Shown one piece after another: positions 1 through 9,536 of a stretch of 64,000 bases of DNA; within the stretch, counting starts at the first letter, position 1; every line of letters starts with the position of its first letter. Where the stretch lies: contig CP084166.1 of NCBI GenBank assembly GCA_021513695.1, forward strand, positions 512,001-576,000, written 5' to 3'. The translations under genes were made by a program, and so were the position numbers. This DNA is from Candidatus Heimdallarchaeum aukensis. Its GTDB lineage: Archaea > Asgardarchaeota > Heimdallarchaeia > Heimdallarchaeales > Heimdallarchaeaceae. The notes beneath the pieces are model-generated. The model saw nothing but the letters and a program-made list of their open reading frames with translations. It was not told the origin of the DNA and did no database searches.

Positions 1-1541
1 ATCCCCTTGCTCTTAGATTCATAAGTAATTGCAATACGTTAAAGAAAGGAGAAAAAAACATCCTGAATTATGCATTCAATGAAATATATGACAATCTCTC
101 ACCAAAAGAGAAAGAATTGTTATTTTTTCTCTATACATGTCGATATCCAGTGACAACTCAAATGCTTTTAGATAATAACTTTTCTTATGAAACTTTCCAA
201 AGACTCTATAACAAAAGCTTTTGTTTTAAAACAGTTTTAGGTAATGTGCAACTACATTATATCCTTCGCAGCTTCCTTCACAAGCTTTTCTCACATAGTA
301 TATCAGAAAACACGCAAATAGTAACTAACATAAAGATTGCAGAATATTATAGAAAAAATAAAACACCCTTGAACATTATTGCTGCTATATATCATTATTT
401 TCATGCAAAAGAACACGAACAAGCTATAAAGCTAGCGATTCAATATGAGGATCTAATTATCGAAAATGGTTATTCTCAAGAGTTGATAGATATTTTAGAA
501 ACGTTTGAAAAAGATATTATTTTAAAAGAAGATTGGAAGAGTATACTACAACTCAAAGGTAACGCGTATAATGCAATAGGAAAAATAAATTATGCGTTAA
601 ATTTATACTTACAAGTCTTGGAATTATGCAAGAATACAGAAAAACCAGAAATAGAGCTTTTATTGGAAATAGGAAAATTGTATTTGAAAAAAAACGCATT
701 TGATATTGCTTTAGATAAATATATCGAATGTTTAAGAAATGCAAAAGAAAGTGATAATAAAGAGAACATTGCTTATAGTTACTATTATATAGGAAAAACC
801 TACTGGAAAAAAGGAAATCTTAAAAAATCGATTAGATGTTTGAAGAAAGCTCTTAGGTTCAGTAATCAAACCAACAATCTACACCTTAAAGGAAAAATCT
901 ACATGGATTTTGCGATGGTATATTCTCTCAGAGCAATGTGGCAACAAGCAATAAATAGTTCTCTTCTAAGTCTTGAATTATTAGAAAGAACAGGCAATTA
1001 CTATGAGATAAGTAAGGCGTATAATAATATTGGAGTAATCTATTCCTCTAGGGGAGATTATGAGAAAGCAATTTATTACTACGAAAAACAATTAAGATGT
1101 GCAGAGAAATACGACTTTATACGAACAAAAGTTTATGCTTTTTGTAATATTGCATGGGCAATTGCTAATAAAAATAATGTATCTAAACAAGAGTTAGAGA
1201 AAGCAATAGGTTTATGCTCACAAGCTTTTGATATCTCACGACATCTTAAGGATGATAGGATAACAGCAGGTCTCTACACAGCTTATGGTTGCTTATTTGC
1301 AAAAATGCAAAAGTGGGCAAAAGCTATCCATTACTTTAATCATGCAATCAACTACTTAGAAAAAGAGAAGGATATCCTTCTCCTTCCTCGAATATTTTTT
1401 TGGTTTGGAAAAATCTATAAAGAGAAAGGCGATATAGCCAATGCTAAGAAATATTTTAACAGAGCTTATAAATATTATAAAAGAAGAAAAAACCGAATAA
1501 GAATTAAAGAGATTGAAGTTGAATTAGAAACATGTGTTTAG
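1..1541 (+). CDS. TPR-repeat protein, 5'-partial (frame open to the window edge)
   Basis: Hand translation of the frame from nt 3 has no stop (PLALRFISNCNTLKKGEKNILNYAFNEIYDNLSPKEKELLFFLY...) and runs into the 474-aa ORF, so the TTG at 117 is only the ORF-finder start. The body is a run of TPR-like 34-aa units (YYYIGKTYWKKGNLKKSIRCLKKAL; AYNNIGVIYSSRGDYEKAIYYYEKQL; FFWFGKIYKEKGDIANAKKYFNRAY). Confidence 0.7.
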   Translation, partial: PLALRFISNCNTLKKGEKNILNYAFNEIYDNLSPKEKELLFFLYTCRYPVTTQMLLDNNFSYETFQRLYNKSFCFKTVLGNVQLHYILRSFLHKLFSHSISENTQIVTNIKIAEYYRKNKTPLNIIAAIYHYFHAKEHEQAIKLAIQYEDLIIENGYSQELIDILETFEKDIILKEDWKSILQLKGNAYNAIGKINYALNLYLQVLELCKNTEKPEIELLLEIGKLYLKKNAFDIALDKYIECLRNAKESDNKENIAYSYYYIGKTYWKKGNLKKSIRCLKKALRFSNQTNNLHLKGKIYMDFAMVYSLRAMWQQAINSSLLSLELLERTGNYYEISKAYNNIGVIYSSRGDYEKAIYYYEKQLRCAEKYDFIRTKVYAFCNIAWAIANKNNVSKQELEKAIGLCSQAFDISRHLKDDRITAGLYTAYGCLFAKMQKWAKAIHYFNHAINYLEKEKDILLLPRIFFWFGKIYKEKGDIANAKKYFNRAYKYYKRRKNRIRIKEIEVELETCV

Positions 1542-1562
1542 TTTAACTTTTGTAAGTTATTT

Positions 1563-1838
1563 ATGCAATTTTCATTGTTTACTTACACAAACAAGTTGAT
1601 ATTAACAAAAGATAAGCAATTATATTCTCTGTTAAAGAGGACTGGAATACGTAGCGAATATATGGAGCTACCTAAATCAAGAGAAATAGCCAATAAAATT
1701 AAAATAACATACAATCAGTTTTCATATCTTGCTCGAGAATTGTTAGTATTATCTCCTTATTTAATAATAGAAGTAGATAATAAATCAATAGTACTAACAA
1801 TGAATTGGTTTGGACATGAAAAAGAAAAAATGGTATAG
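1563..1838 (+). CDS. hypothetical small protein
   Basis: 91-aa ORF starting 21 nt after the TPR gene stop on the same strand. No motif recognised. Confidence 0.3.
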   Translation: MQFSLFTYTNKLILTKDKQLYSLLKRTGIRSEYMELPKSREIANKIKITYNQFSYLARELLVLSPYLIIEVDNKSIVLTMNWFGHEKEKMV

Positions 1839-1932
1839 AGGAGTAAAACGCTACAACAAAAATTGATGGTAAAGTTAGACATTTGTGTATTAAATGAAAT
1901 AAATATACTTATACAATATGAGCTATTGCGAT

Positions 1933-2301
1933 TTATAATTCTTCTAATTCATATTCTGTAACTTCTTTTTTAAATTCTTCTTCAGTTAATAGTACAACAT
2001 CAAAATCTAAATCTTCTATTTTCATATTAATAACATTGTATGAACTACCAATTTCAATATGAGCTTTAGGAAACCCATACTTGAGATTGGATGCAATCAT
2101 AGGATAAATATTCTTTTTAGGAGGATCTCCTGCAACAGTAAATATGATGTCTAAATCACTCTTATTACGATGATTCCCTCTTCTTCTTGAACCAGCTCTT
2201 GCTATTCCACTAACTCTAAGTCCAGTATTGTTTTTTATGAAATTTCCAATACTTCTCCACAACTTTGCATATCTCTGTTCAAATTCAGGTCTTTCAGCCA
2301 C
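1933..2301 (-). CDS. minimal nucleotidyltransferase (Pol-beta superfamily, MNT-like)
   Basis: Signature G-S-x(n)-D-x-D: ARAGSRRRGNHRNKSDLDIIFTV. The 122-aa size is typical of minimal NTases. No HEPN-like partner lies next to it. Confidence 0.6.
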   Translation of the reverse strand: MAERPEFEQRYAKLWRSIGNFIKNNTGLRVSGIARAGSRRRGNHRNKSDLDIIFTVAGDPPKKNIYPMIASNLKYGFPKAHIEIGSSYNVINMKIEDLDFDVVLLTEEEFKKEVTEYELEEL

Positions 2302-2404
2302 AAGCTAAATTATTACTTAAAATATAAAAACATTTTTTCTTTTTTTCTTTAATTATTCTTAAAAATTTTTATTTTGAATTTCAAATTATTTTTTCAATTT
2401 GAAT

Positions 2405-3415
2405 AAGAGCGTTCAAAAATTAATTTTTATTAATGTGAGGGTTTATGTTGGAATTATGACTTACTTTCAGATCAAGATCCCCACAAAGTAAGAGAATTCA
2501 TAATCATTATGAACCTTTCCTTAAGAAACTGGTGGATGAGAAAACGAGAGAAAGCAAAAAAGGAAGAAAAAGAATAGCAAAAAGATGGGTGATTCTGGCT
2601 TTAGCGATTATTGCTAGAATAGACGGGATAGCTTGGAGGAAGTTAGAAGAAAAGTTGTCTCTATGTGATTTTTTGATAGAAGAGGGGTGGATGAGGAAGA
2701 TTCCTTCTAAATCTACTTTTCATGCTGTATGGAGAGCAACAGAAAGTAAAATCTTAGAGCAGTGGATAATAGATTTAGGGGGAGAAATAGTGAGAAAAAA
2801 AGGGTTGAAAGCTATGGCGGTGGACAGTTCAGGGTTTAAAATCCATCAAGCTTCTGTTTGGCGTTTTCTCAAATGGTCAAGAGGGACACTAAAGAAAACC
2901 TCTAAACTAAACTTCTCTTGAAGATACACCTTATAGCTGGTTTACCCTCCAGAGCTATAGTCTCTCTAGCACATTCTGCTAGTAACACTCACGATAGTAA
3001 AGTCTTCGGTTTGTTATGGCAAAAACTTCCTTCTGCACTCTTAAGACCGCTCTTGAGATTCTATGGTGACTGCGCCCACTGGACAGAAAATATCGTCGGT
3101 CTTCTTAGCCAACATTCCTTTTTTCCTGTTATTCCCCCAAAAAGTAATGCTCGTTATCCCTCTCCTCCTCCCCTTGGACCAATAGTTCAAGCTCATCGTC
3201 TCTACCCTGTTCTCTATCGTTTATCATAATCACCACCCCGAGTATCGTAGTAGTATTGAACACGTCTTTGGTCTCCTCAAACTCTCTCTTCCCCCAATCC
3301 TTGATCGCTTACCCTCTACCATTCTCTCTACTCTTTATAGTTCTCTCCTCTGTTACAACTACCTTTTATTCCTTCGGACCGTTTAGCAGGTGAAAAAGAA
3401 TTTTTGGACATGCTT
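2405..3415 (+). mobile_element. IS5-family-like insertion sequence, copy 1 (decayed)
   Basis: About 1 kb, closely similar by eye to the inverted copy at 50695-51700. Right terminal repeat is AATTTTTGGACATGCTT (3399-3415); the left end is degenerate (AAGAGCGTTCAAAAATT). Flanked by the 7-bp direct repeat TTTGAAT (2398-2404 and 3416-3422). Visibly more G+C-rich than its surroundings. Confidence 0.8.
2456..3386 (+). pseudogene. DDE transposase (IS5/DDE_Tnp_1-like), multiply broken
   Basis: The ATG at 2456 hits TAA after 11 codons (MTYFQIKIPTK*). ORFs 2532-2921 and 2918-3229 then lie in different frames, and the C-terminal HHPEYRSSIEHVFGLLK... lies in a third frame. The motifs AVDSSGF, KIHL..GLPSRA, YGDCAHW and IEHVFGLLK fit the D-D-E layout of IS5-type enzymes. 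Confidence 0.75.
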
Positions 3416-3861
3416 TTTGAATTAAATTTATCAATTCCTTATTGTCAAGAAAATCATTCTTAATGGAAAAAAATCTAAACAATTTTCATAGTTTGTTTCT
3501 CCAGCAATTATATCCTCTTTTAAAGGTTAGTAAAATAAAAAAAGCAATATCGCTTTCTGCACTTTAAAAAGTTTTATTCCACTCCTTATTTTCGAAGAAT
3601 TCAGTCATAATATTCTTAATTTATTCAGTTCTTGTTAAATAAAAAAAACAATAAAAATAGAATCACATCATTTCTTGAAGTTACAACTAACTTTTGGCGC
3701 ATAATAATTATAGATTAAAATACAAAAAGTTTGCTCAGAATTTGGGACTTTGAATGTTAAAATCATTATTCACTCTAGTTCGATTAGACTTTTGTAAAAA
3801 AAACATACAATAATAAAAAAAAATTTATTTTGATTTGAGAAAAATCCAATTCTCGTCTCAA

Positions 3862-5361
3862 TTATATATTTCTCGTTTGCTCAAGTTTACTTCTTTGTTT
3901 CCACAAATTAAGTATTCTTCGCTGTTTTTCTGATATTGTTTCAGTTTTTACTCTTTTTATTGCTCCTATCTTTTCATAAAAAGCATATAGTGCTGCCACT
4001 TTTATTTCCTCATTTTCTTCTATTTTTTCTTTGATTGAAGCTTTTTCTATAAAGTCTGTTGAAACTATTCTTTCTTGGAATTCTTTTGTTTCAAGTATAG
4101 TTTTATGGAAATCTATGTTGGTTGTAATCCCACTAATTGTTAATTCTTTAAAAGCTAACCTTGCTCTTTCTATTGCGTCGTTTCTTGTTTTTCCCCATAC
4201 AATTAGTTTTCCTAAAAGAGAGTCATATTCATTTGACACATTGTAAGATGAAAAAACAAAAGTATCAAATCTTACATGATATATACTTGGAGCTATTAAT
4301 TGTTCAATTTTTCCTGATTTAGGTAAGAAGGTTTTTGGGTCTTCAGCATTTATTCTAAATTCAATTGCACTTCCATTTATTTTTATTTCATCTTGAACAT
4401 AACTTAATTTTAATCCTCCTGCTACTCTGATTTGTTCAACTACAAGATCTATTCCAGTAACCATTTCTGTTACAGGGTGTTCTACTTGAATCCTTGGATT
4501 AACTTCATTGAAATAAATTTGTCCATCTTTGTAAAGAAATTCAGCTGTTCCAGCATTAACATATCCTAGCTCTTTAGCCATCTTACAGACTTTTTCTCCA
4601 AGTTCATTTCTTTCTTGTTCTGTCAAAAATGAAGGCGCTTCTTCTATTAGTTTCTGATGAGAACGCTGAATGCTACATTCTCTATCTCCTAAGTGGATTA
4701 CATTACCATAACTATCTCCAATGAACTGTATCTCTATGTGTCTTGGAGATTCGATGTATTTCTCTATGAAAACAGACTTATTACCAAAAAAGTTCTCTGC
4801 TACAGATTGTGCTCCTAAAAGAGAGATTTCTAAAGTTTCGGGAGAGTTGACTATTTCCATTCCTTTTCCTCCCCCTCCAAAAGCAGCTTTAATAATTATA
4901 GGATAACCTATTTTTTCTGCTACTGTCTTTGCTTCTTCCAGTGTTTCTACATATCCTTTTGAACCTGGAACAACAGGTATTCCTACTTTACTTGCTATGC
5001 TTCTTGCTTTAACTTTGTCTCCTAGAAGGTCTATTACCTCTGGAGAAGGACCAATGAAAACAATCTTGCTTTTTATTACTTTTCTTGCAAATTCTGAGTT
5101 TTCAGAGAGAAAACCATAACCTGGATGTATAGCATCACATTTAGCTTTTTTGGCTATTTTTATTATTTTATCAATGTTAAGATAAGTTTCATTAACTGAA
5201 CCAGAACCAATACAATAAGCTTCATCTGCTAGTTTAACGTGTAATGACTGAGAATCGACTACGGTAAAGATAGCTACAGTTTTGATATTCATAAGTTTAC
5301 AAGCACGAATGATTCTAACAGCTATCTCTCCTCTATTTGCAATAAGTATCTTCTTAAGCAT
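3862..5361 (-). CDS. biotin carboxylase (ATP-grasp) subunit of a biotin-dependent carboxylase (AccC/PycA type)
   Basis: MLKKILIANRGEIAVRIIRA, HPGYGFLSEN, glycine loop GGGGKGM, EVNPRIQVEHPVTE. Start moved to the ATG at 5361 because the 27 upstream residues of the ORF track look like AT-rich read-through. No BCCP or carboxyltransferase gene is adjacent. Confidence 0.9.
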   Translation of the reverse strand: MLKKILIANRGEIAVRIIRACKLMNIKTVAIFTVVDSQSLHVKLADEAYCIGSGSVNETYLNIDKIIKIAKKAKCDAIHPGYGFLSENSEFARKVIKSKIVFIGPSPEVIDLLGDKVKARSIASKVGIPVVPGSKGYVETLEEAKTVAEKIGYPIIIKAAFGGGGKGMEIVNSPETLEISLLGAQSVAENFFGNKSVFIEKYIESPRHIEIQFIGDSYGNVIHLGDRECSIQRSHQKLIEEAPSFLTEQERNELGEKVCKMAKELGYVNAGTAEFLYKDGQIYFNEVNPRIQVEHPVTEMVTGIDLVVEQIRVAGGLKLSYVQDEIKINGSAIEFRINAEDPKTFLPKSGKIEQLIAPSIYHVRFDTFVFSSYNVSNEYDSLLGKLIVWGKTRNDAIERARLAFKELTISGITTNIDFHKTILETKEFQERIVSTDFIEKASIKEKIEENEEIKVAALYAFYEKIGAIKRVKTETISEKQRRILNLWKQRSKLEQTRNI

Positions 5362-5625
5362 GAAAAGTGAATATGCTACACCTTTATTTAAATGAGTTGT
5401 TGTTTTATGAGTAAAAAATATTATAAAAAAATACAATTTCAATTTATTTGAAATTAATTCAACAGAGAAATTCTTACTTGTTACATAGGTTTCTAAATGA
5501 TCTTTAATCTTAATTATAATAACAATAGAAACAATCTAAAGAGAACACTTCCTAAATTAGTAAAGTCAGTAGACAAAAATATTAATAATTAGCAACTAAT
5601 TATCCAATTTAGTTATATTTCCCAA

Positions 5626-6590
5626 GTGTTTGACTTGAATAAAGAGGTTCTATACAATTTTTTTCATTCTCGAATCTTCAGTATCATTCAAGCTTTCTTT
5701 ATTACAATTCTGTGGTCATCTTCTTGGATACTAATAAAAGAAGGACTAGAAGATATTCCACCTATATTCTTTGCGGGAATTAGATATACTATTTCTTCAT
5801 TTATTTTAATCATTTTAGTATTTATTTTCTATAATAAAGAACAAACAAATGTAAAGATTTCCAAAAAATTATGAGGAAAACTAATTATTTATGGATTTAC
5901 TTTTTATACCATCACTCAAGGAGCTCAATTTATTGGAATATATTTTCTTCCAACTATTACAGTAAGCATGGTTTATAGTTTCACTCCTATAATTGTAGTT
6001 CTATTTTCTTACTTGATTTTAAAAGAGAAATCAAGTTTAATTCAGTTACTAATAGTTTTAGCTTCTATTGTTGGAGTAGTTCTCTACTTTAATCCCTTTT
6101 ACCAACAAGAAAGAACAGACTTTTTTACAATTGGTATTATTATAGTTATTTTTGGTGTAATAGCAAACGCCTTAGCAACAATAATTGGTCGAGACATTAA
6201 TAGTTCAAAGCAAATTCCTCCTCTTCTTGTGACATCAATTAGTAAGACTATAGGTTCGATTATTTTACTTATAGTAGCATTAATAATTGAGAATTTGCCC
6301 AAAATATCACTTAAATCTCTATTAATTATTCTTTGGTTAAGTATTGTAAACACAGCATTTGCTTTTACATTATGGAACAAAGTGATGCAAAAGCTAAAAG
6401 CAGTTGAGTTAATAATGATTAACAACTCTATGCTTGCTCAATTGCAATTTTAGCAGTAATATTTCTAGGAGAACGTCATCTAATTATAGAATGGATTGGA
6501 TTAACAATAGTTGGTTTATGCTCTATTTTTATCCAAATATTTAGAAATAATGGGACAAAAGAAGTAATTACAAATAAAAATGAAAATTAA
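5626..6590 (+). pseudogene. EamA/DMT-family transporter, disrupted
   Basis: ORFs 5626-5874 and 5968-6453 share one frame, separated by a single in-frame TGA (5872-5874) within ISKKL*GKLIIYGFTFY. A frameshift near 6423-6432 moves the conserved tail (LYACSIAILAVIFLGERHLIIEWIGLTIVGL...) into another frame that ends at 6590. Confidence 0.7.
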
Positions 6591-6611
6591 AAAAGAAAAA
6601 CTAGAGCTTTT

Positions 6612-7997
6612 TTAATTCTGTGAAGAGATGTTTATACCCTTTGTTTTAATATAAGGAGTTTCTAGATAGCCATTAACTTTTTTGGTTGTTTTACTTAAAG
6701 ACACAATATTTTTCAGTACATCGAAAACATTACCTGCGATAGTCACATTAGTTAAGGGGGTTGTGATCTCACCATTTTTTATAAGTTGAGCACCTTTAGC
6801 TACTCCAGAGAATATACCATTCTCAGATCTTTGAGAGCCAGCAAAGTATTCAAAGACTATACCTTCTTTTATATCTTCTATCATTTCATCGTATTTTGTG
6901 TCTCCTGGTTTAATTACTGGTACATTTGGAAAGATATTATTTGGAGGATTCATAAAACTGCTATTTATAAATCCACGATAAGAATTTCCTGTTGATTGTG
7001 TGTTTGCTTTGTTTGCTGTCTTTATATCAAACAAATGTGTCATCAATACTCCATCTTTAATTATTTCTAGTTCTTTAACTGGTGTTCCTTCGTCATCAAA
7101 AGGTCTAGCGGTAGAGGATTTTCCATCTAATGAATTATCTATAAACGAGAAGCCATCTATCGCTACTTTTTCTCCTATACTATCTTTCCAAAGTGATTGA
7201 TTATGTTGTGTTCTTTCTGCTGATATAGCCATTGCAATAACAATGAATATTGGGCTAAGGACAGCATCAGGTTTGAAAACAACTATGTCTGAATCTATAC
7301 CTTTTAATTTTTCAACATTGACATTTCTAATGGCTCTTTCTACTAATTCTTTACCAAATTGGTAGAAATCAACTTCTTTTGGATCTTTCACACTAAATGA
7401 ATCCGATACAAAAGAACCTACTTTCTCTCCTTCTCTTGCAATTGCAAGAAATGATCCATCAAGGCTATTTCTGATATAGTTTCCTTCTACACCAAGAGAG
7501 TTTGCTATTCCCACATATTCTTCAGAAAGGATGATTCGACTAAGGTCTGTTTTAACGCTTATTGGTGCTTCTTCAAAGGGTAATAGTATCTGTTTAGCAC
7601 TGTCTATTAGTTCTTCAACCGTAAAAGTAGATAATTGTTTTGAAAAAAGTCCTTCGATTGTTGAATAGGAACTGGGAGGAGCAAGAGCTATTCCTTCTTT
7701 TTTAGGTTTGACTTTTAACATCACAATTGCTTGTTCAACTGTTTGCTCTATTGCTTTTTTATCTGCTTTATTAGTATAACTAAATCCTTCTACAGAATCT
7801 AGTAAAACTCTTATTCCAAAACCTAATTCTTGCACTTCTTTCTCATTAGCTATTTCTTTTCCAGAACAAGTAACTTCTAGTTTCTTGTTATCAGAGAAAA
7901 ATACTTCAGCGTCTTTAACTCCTTTCTTTTCAGCATACTCAATAGCATATTGAGCAAGATAATAAGCTTCATCTCTATTGATATTTGATTCACTCAT
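6612..7997 (-). CDS. pmbA: PmbA/TldE-family protein (TldD partner)
   Basis: 461 aa, homologous in length and layout to the adjacent TldD-like gene but without an HExxxH motif. Its start abuts the upstream gene's stop (7997/7998). Confidence 0.8.
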   Translation of the reverse strand: MSESNINRDEAYYLAQYAIEYAEKKGVKDAEVFFSDNKKLEVTCSGKEIANEKEVQELGFGIRVLLDSVEGFSYTNKADKKAIEQTVEQAIVMLKVKPKKEGIALAPPSSYSTIEGLFSKQLSTFTVEELIDSAKQILLPFEEAPISVKTDLSRIILSEEYVGIANSLGVEGNYIRNSLDGSFLAIAREGEKVGSFVSDSFSVKDPKEVDFYQFGKELVERAIRNVNVEKLKGIDSDIVVFKPDAVLSPIFIVIAMAISAERTQHNQSLWKDSIGEKVAIDGFSFIDNSLDGKSSTARPFDDEGTPVKELEIIKDGVLMTHLFDIKTANKANTQSTGNSYRGFINSSFMNPPNNIFPNVPVIKPGDTKYDEMIEDIKEGIVFEYFAGSQRSENGIFSGVAKGAQLIKNGEITTPLTNVTIAGNVFDVLKNIVSLSKTTKKVNGYLETPYIKTKGINISSQN

Positions 7998-9398
7998 TTA
8001 ATTTCCTCCTGCAAGCATTGCTTTAACTGCTATATGTGGACCTCCAGCATCCACTTTGGCCGGTTGAATCTTTCCACAAGAACCTGAACCTAAAGAAATA
8101 ACAAAATCTTTGCCTACGCCTATAATATTGGATAAAACTTCAAAAGCGTTTCCAGTTAAAACAGGTCCCTGGTAAATTTTCTCTGTTATCTCCCCTTTAG
8201 TAATTCTAAAAGCTTCTAATGCTCCAAACATGAATTCTCCACTTGAATCTGCCTGTCCATTTTGTAGAGATTTAAGGTAGTAACCGTCACCTATAGCTTC
8301 TAATAATTCTTCAAAACTCATATCTCCAGATTCGATGTAGGTGTTCCTCATTCTAACAATTGGTTCATCAGCAAATGTGTAAGCTCTTGCGTTTCCTGTA
8401 GGTTCAACACCTAACTTTGTTGCTAGTTCTCTATTAGTCATATACCCTGTCATAACTCCATTGGTAATGATTTTCACTTCTTTTCCTTTTACTCCTTCAT
8501 CATCGAAAGGTAACCATCCTACACCCATCCAGTTAGTGCTTTCTTTAAAAGGAGAATCTACTATAGTTATTCGTTCATCACAAACTTTTTTACCCAACTT
8601 ACCTTGAGTAAAAGAGCCAGCAAGAACTAAGTCAGCTTCAGCAGTGTGTCCTATAGCTTCATGTGCAAGAACACCTACCATCTGATGATCTAATAACAAA
8701 TTATGTGTCCCTGCAGGGGGTAATGTTGCATCTGTTAATTGTGTAGATTTTTCACATGACGATTTAACTAGTTCATCTAGTGGATGTAAATCAAAAAACT
8801 CTGCTCCACAAGTATGAGACCATGATTTATATCCTCCAGCTATTTTCCCTTCTTTTGAAGCAACAGCATAACTAATAACCGTTGGTTTCATGTCTTCCCA
8901 TTCTACTCTTGTTCCTTCGTTAGTGAAAATAATTCTTTTATCAATGACCTCATTATAGCTAATTTGAAGACTTTTGACCGCTGAATAATCATTTTTTAAT
9001 TTTGAAGCTTCTTGTATCATCTTTATTTTTTCTTCAAGTGAAATGTCTAACAAGCTAATTTTCCTCGGTGATACAGCTTTTTCATCGATTATTTCTACTT
9101 CAGCTAATTGTATTTTTTCACTTTTTGAACTTGCAGAGTTTTTAGCTAAAGAAACCGCGTTAGAAACAATTTTTTCTGCATTTTCTTTGCTCAACTTATT
9201 CGTACTAGCAAAAGCCCAACTTCCATCAACTAGAACCCTAATTCCTATTCCATTTCTAGATCCTATGTTAGTGTTAATTTCTCCATTCTTATATACTAAA
9301 TCTGCAGAATATTTGTCTTGAAACCGAGCTTCTACAAATTCTGCTCCTTTTTTTTCTGCATACTCTAGAATATAGTTTAATAGATCTCTTATTTCCAA
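7998..9398 (-). CDS. tldD: TldD-family metalloprotease
   Basis: 466 aa with HEAIGHTAEAD (HExxxH) and a Gly-rich C-terminal region. Paired with the PmbA-like gene, as in known TldD/TldE systems. Confidence 0.85.
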   Translation of the reverse strand: MEIRDLLNYILEYAEKKGAEFVEARFQDKYSADLVYKNGEINTNIGSRNGIGIRVLVDGSWAFASTNKLSKENAEKIVSNAVSLAKNSASSKSEKIQLAEVEIIDEKAVSPRKISLLDISLEEKIKMIQEASKLKNDYSAVKSLQISYNEVIDKRIIFTNEGTRVEWEDMKPTVISYAVASKEGKIAGGYKSWSHTCGAEFFDLHPLDELVKSSCEKSTQLTDATLPPAGTHNLLLDHQMVGVLAHEAIGHTAEADLVLAGSFTQGKLGKKVCDERITIVDSPFKESTNWMGVGWLPFDDEGVKGKEVKIITNGVMTGYMTNRELATKLGVEPTGNARAYTFADEPIVRMRNTYIESGDMSFEELLEAIGDGYYLKSLQNGQADSSGEFMFGALEAFRITKGEITEKIYQGPVLTGNAFEVLSNIIGVGKDFVISLGSGSCGKIQPAKVDAGGPHIAVKAMLAGGN

Positions 9399-9536
9399 TT
9401 AATCACCTTTATTAAATGAACTCTAAATTTAGTACTCTAAACTATTATTAAAACGTATACAAAAAATTAACAGTAGTAATATTTATATTATTTAAACCAA
9501 TAAAGTTCTACTTAGAACATCTTTTAGGGGTTCAAA

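Noticed and set aside
3862-5442. N-terminal extensions proposed by the ORF track (also at 14190 and 33730)
   Set aside because: The extensions are AT-rich read-through with implausible sequence, or they overlap a divergent gene. Conserved N-termini or signal peptides begin at the internal ATGs 5361, 14379 and 33829.
5872-5874. In-frame TGA as selenocysteine or another recoding event
   Set aside because: The position is in a transmembrane transporter helix where Trp is expected, not a redox site. I see no obvious structured element nearby, and the gene carries a second, independent frameshift.
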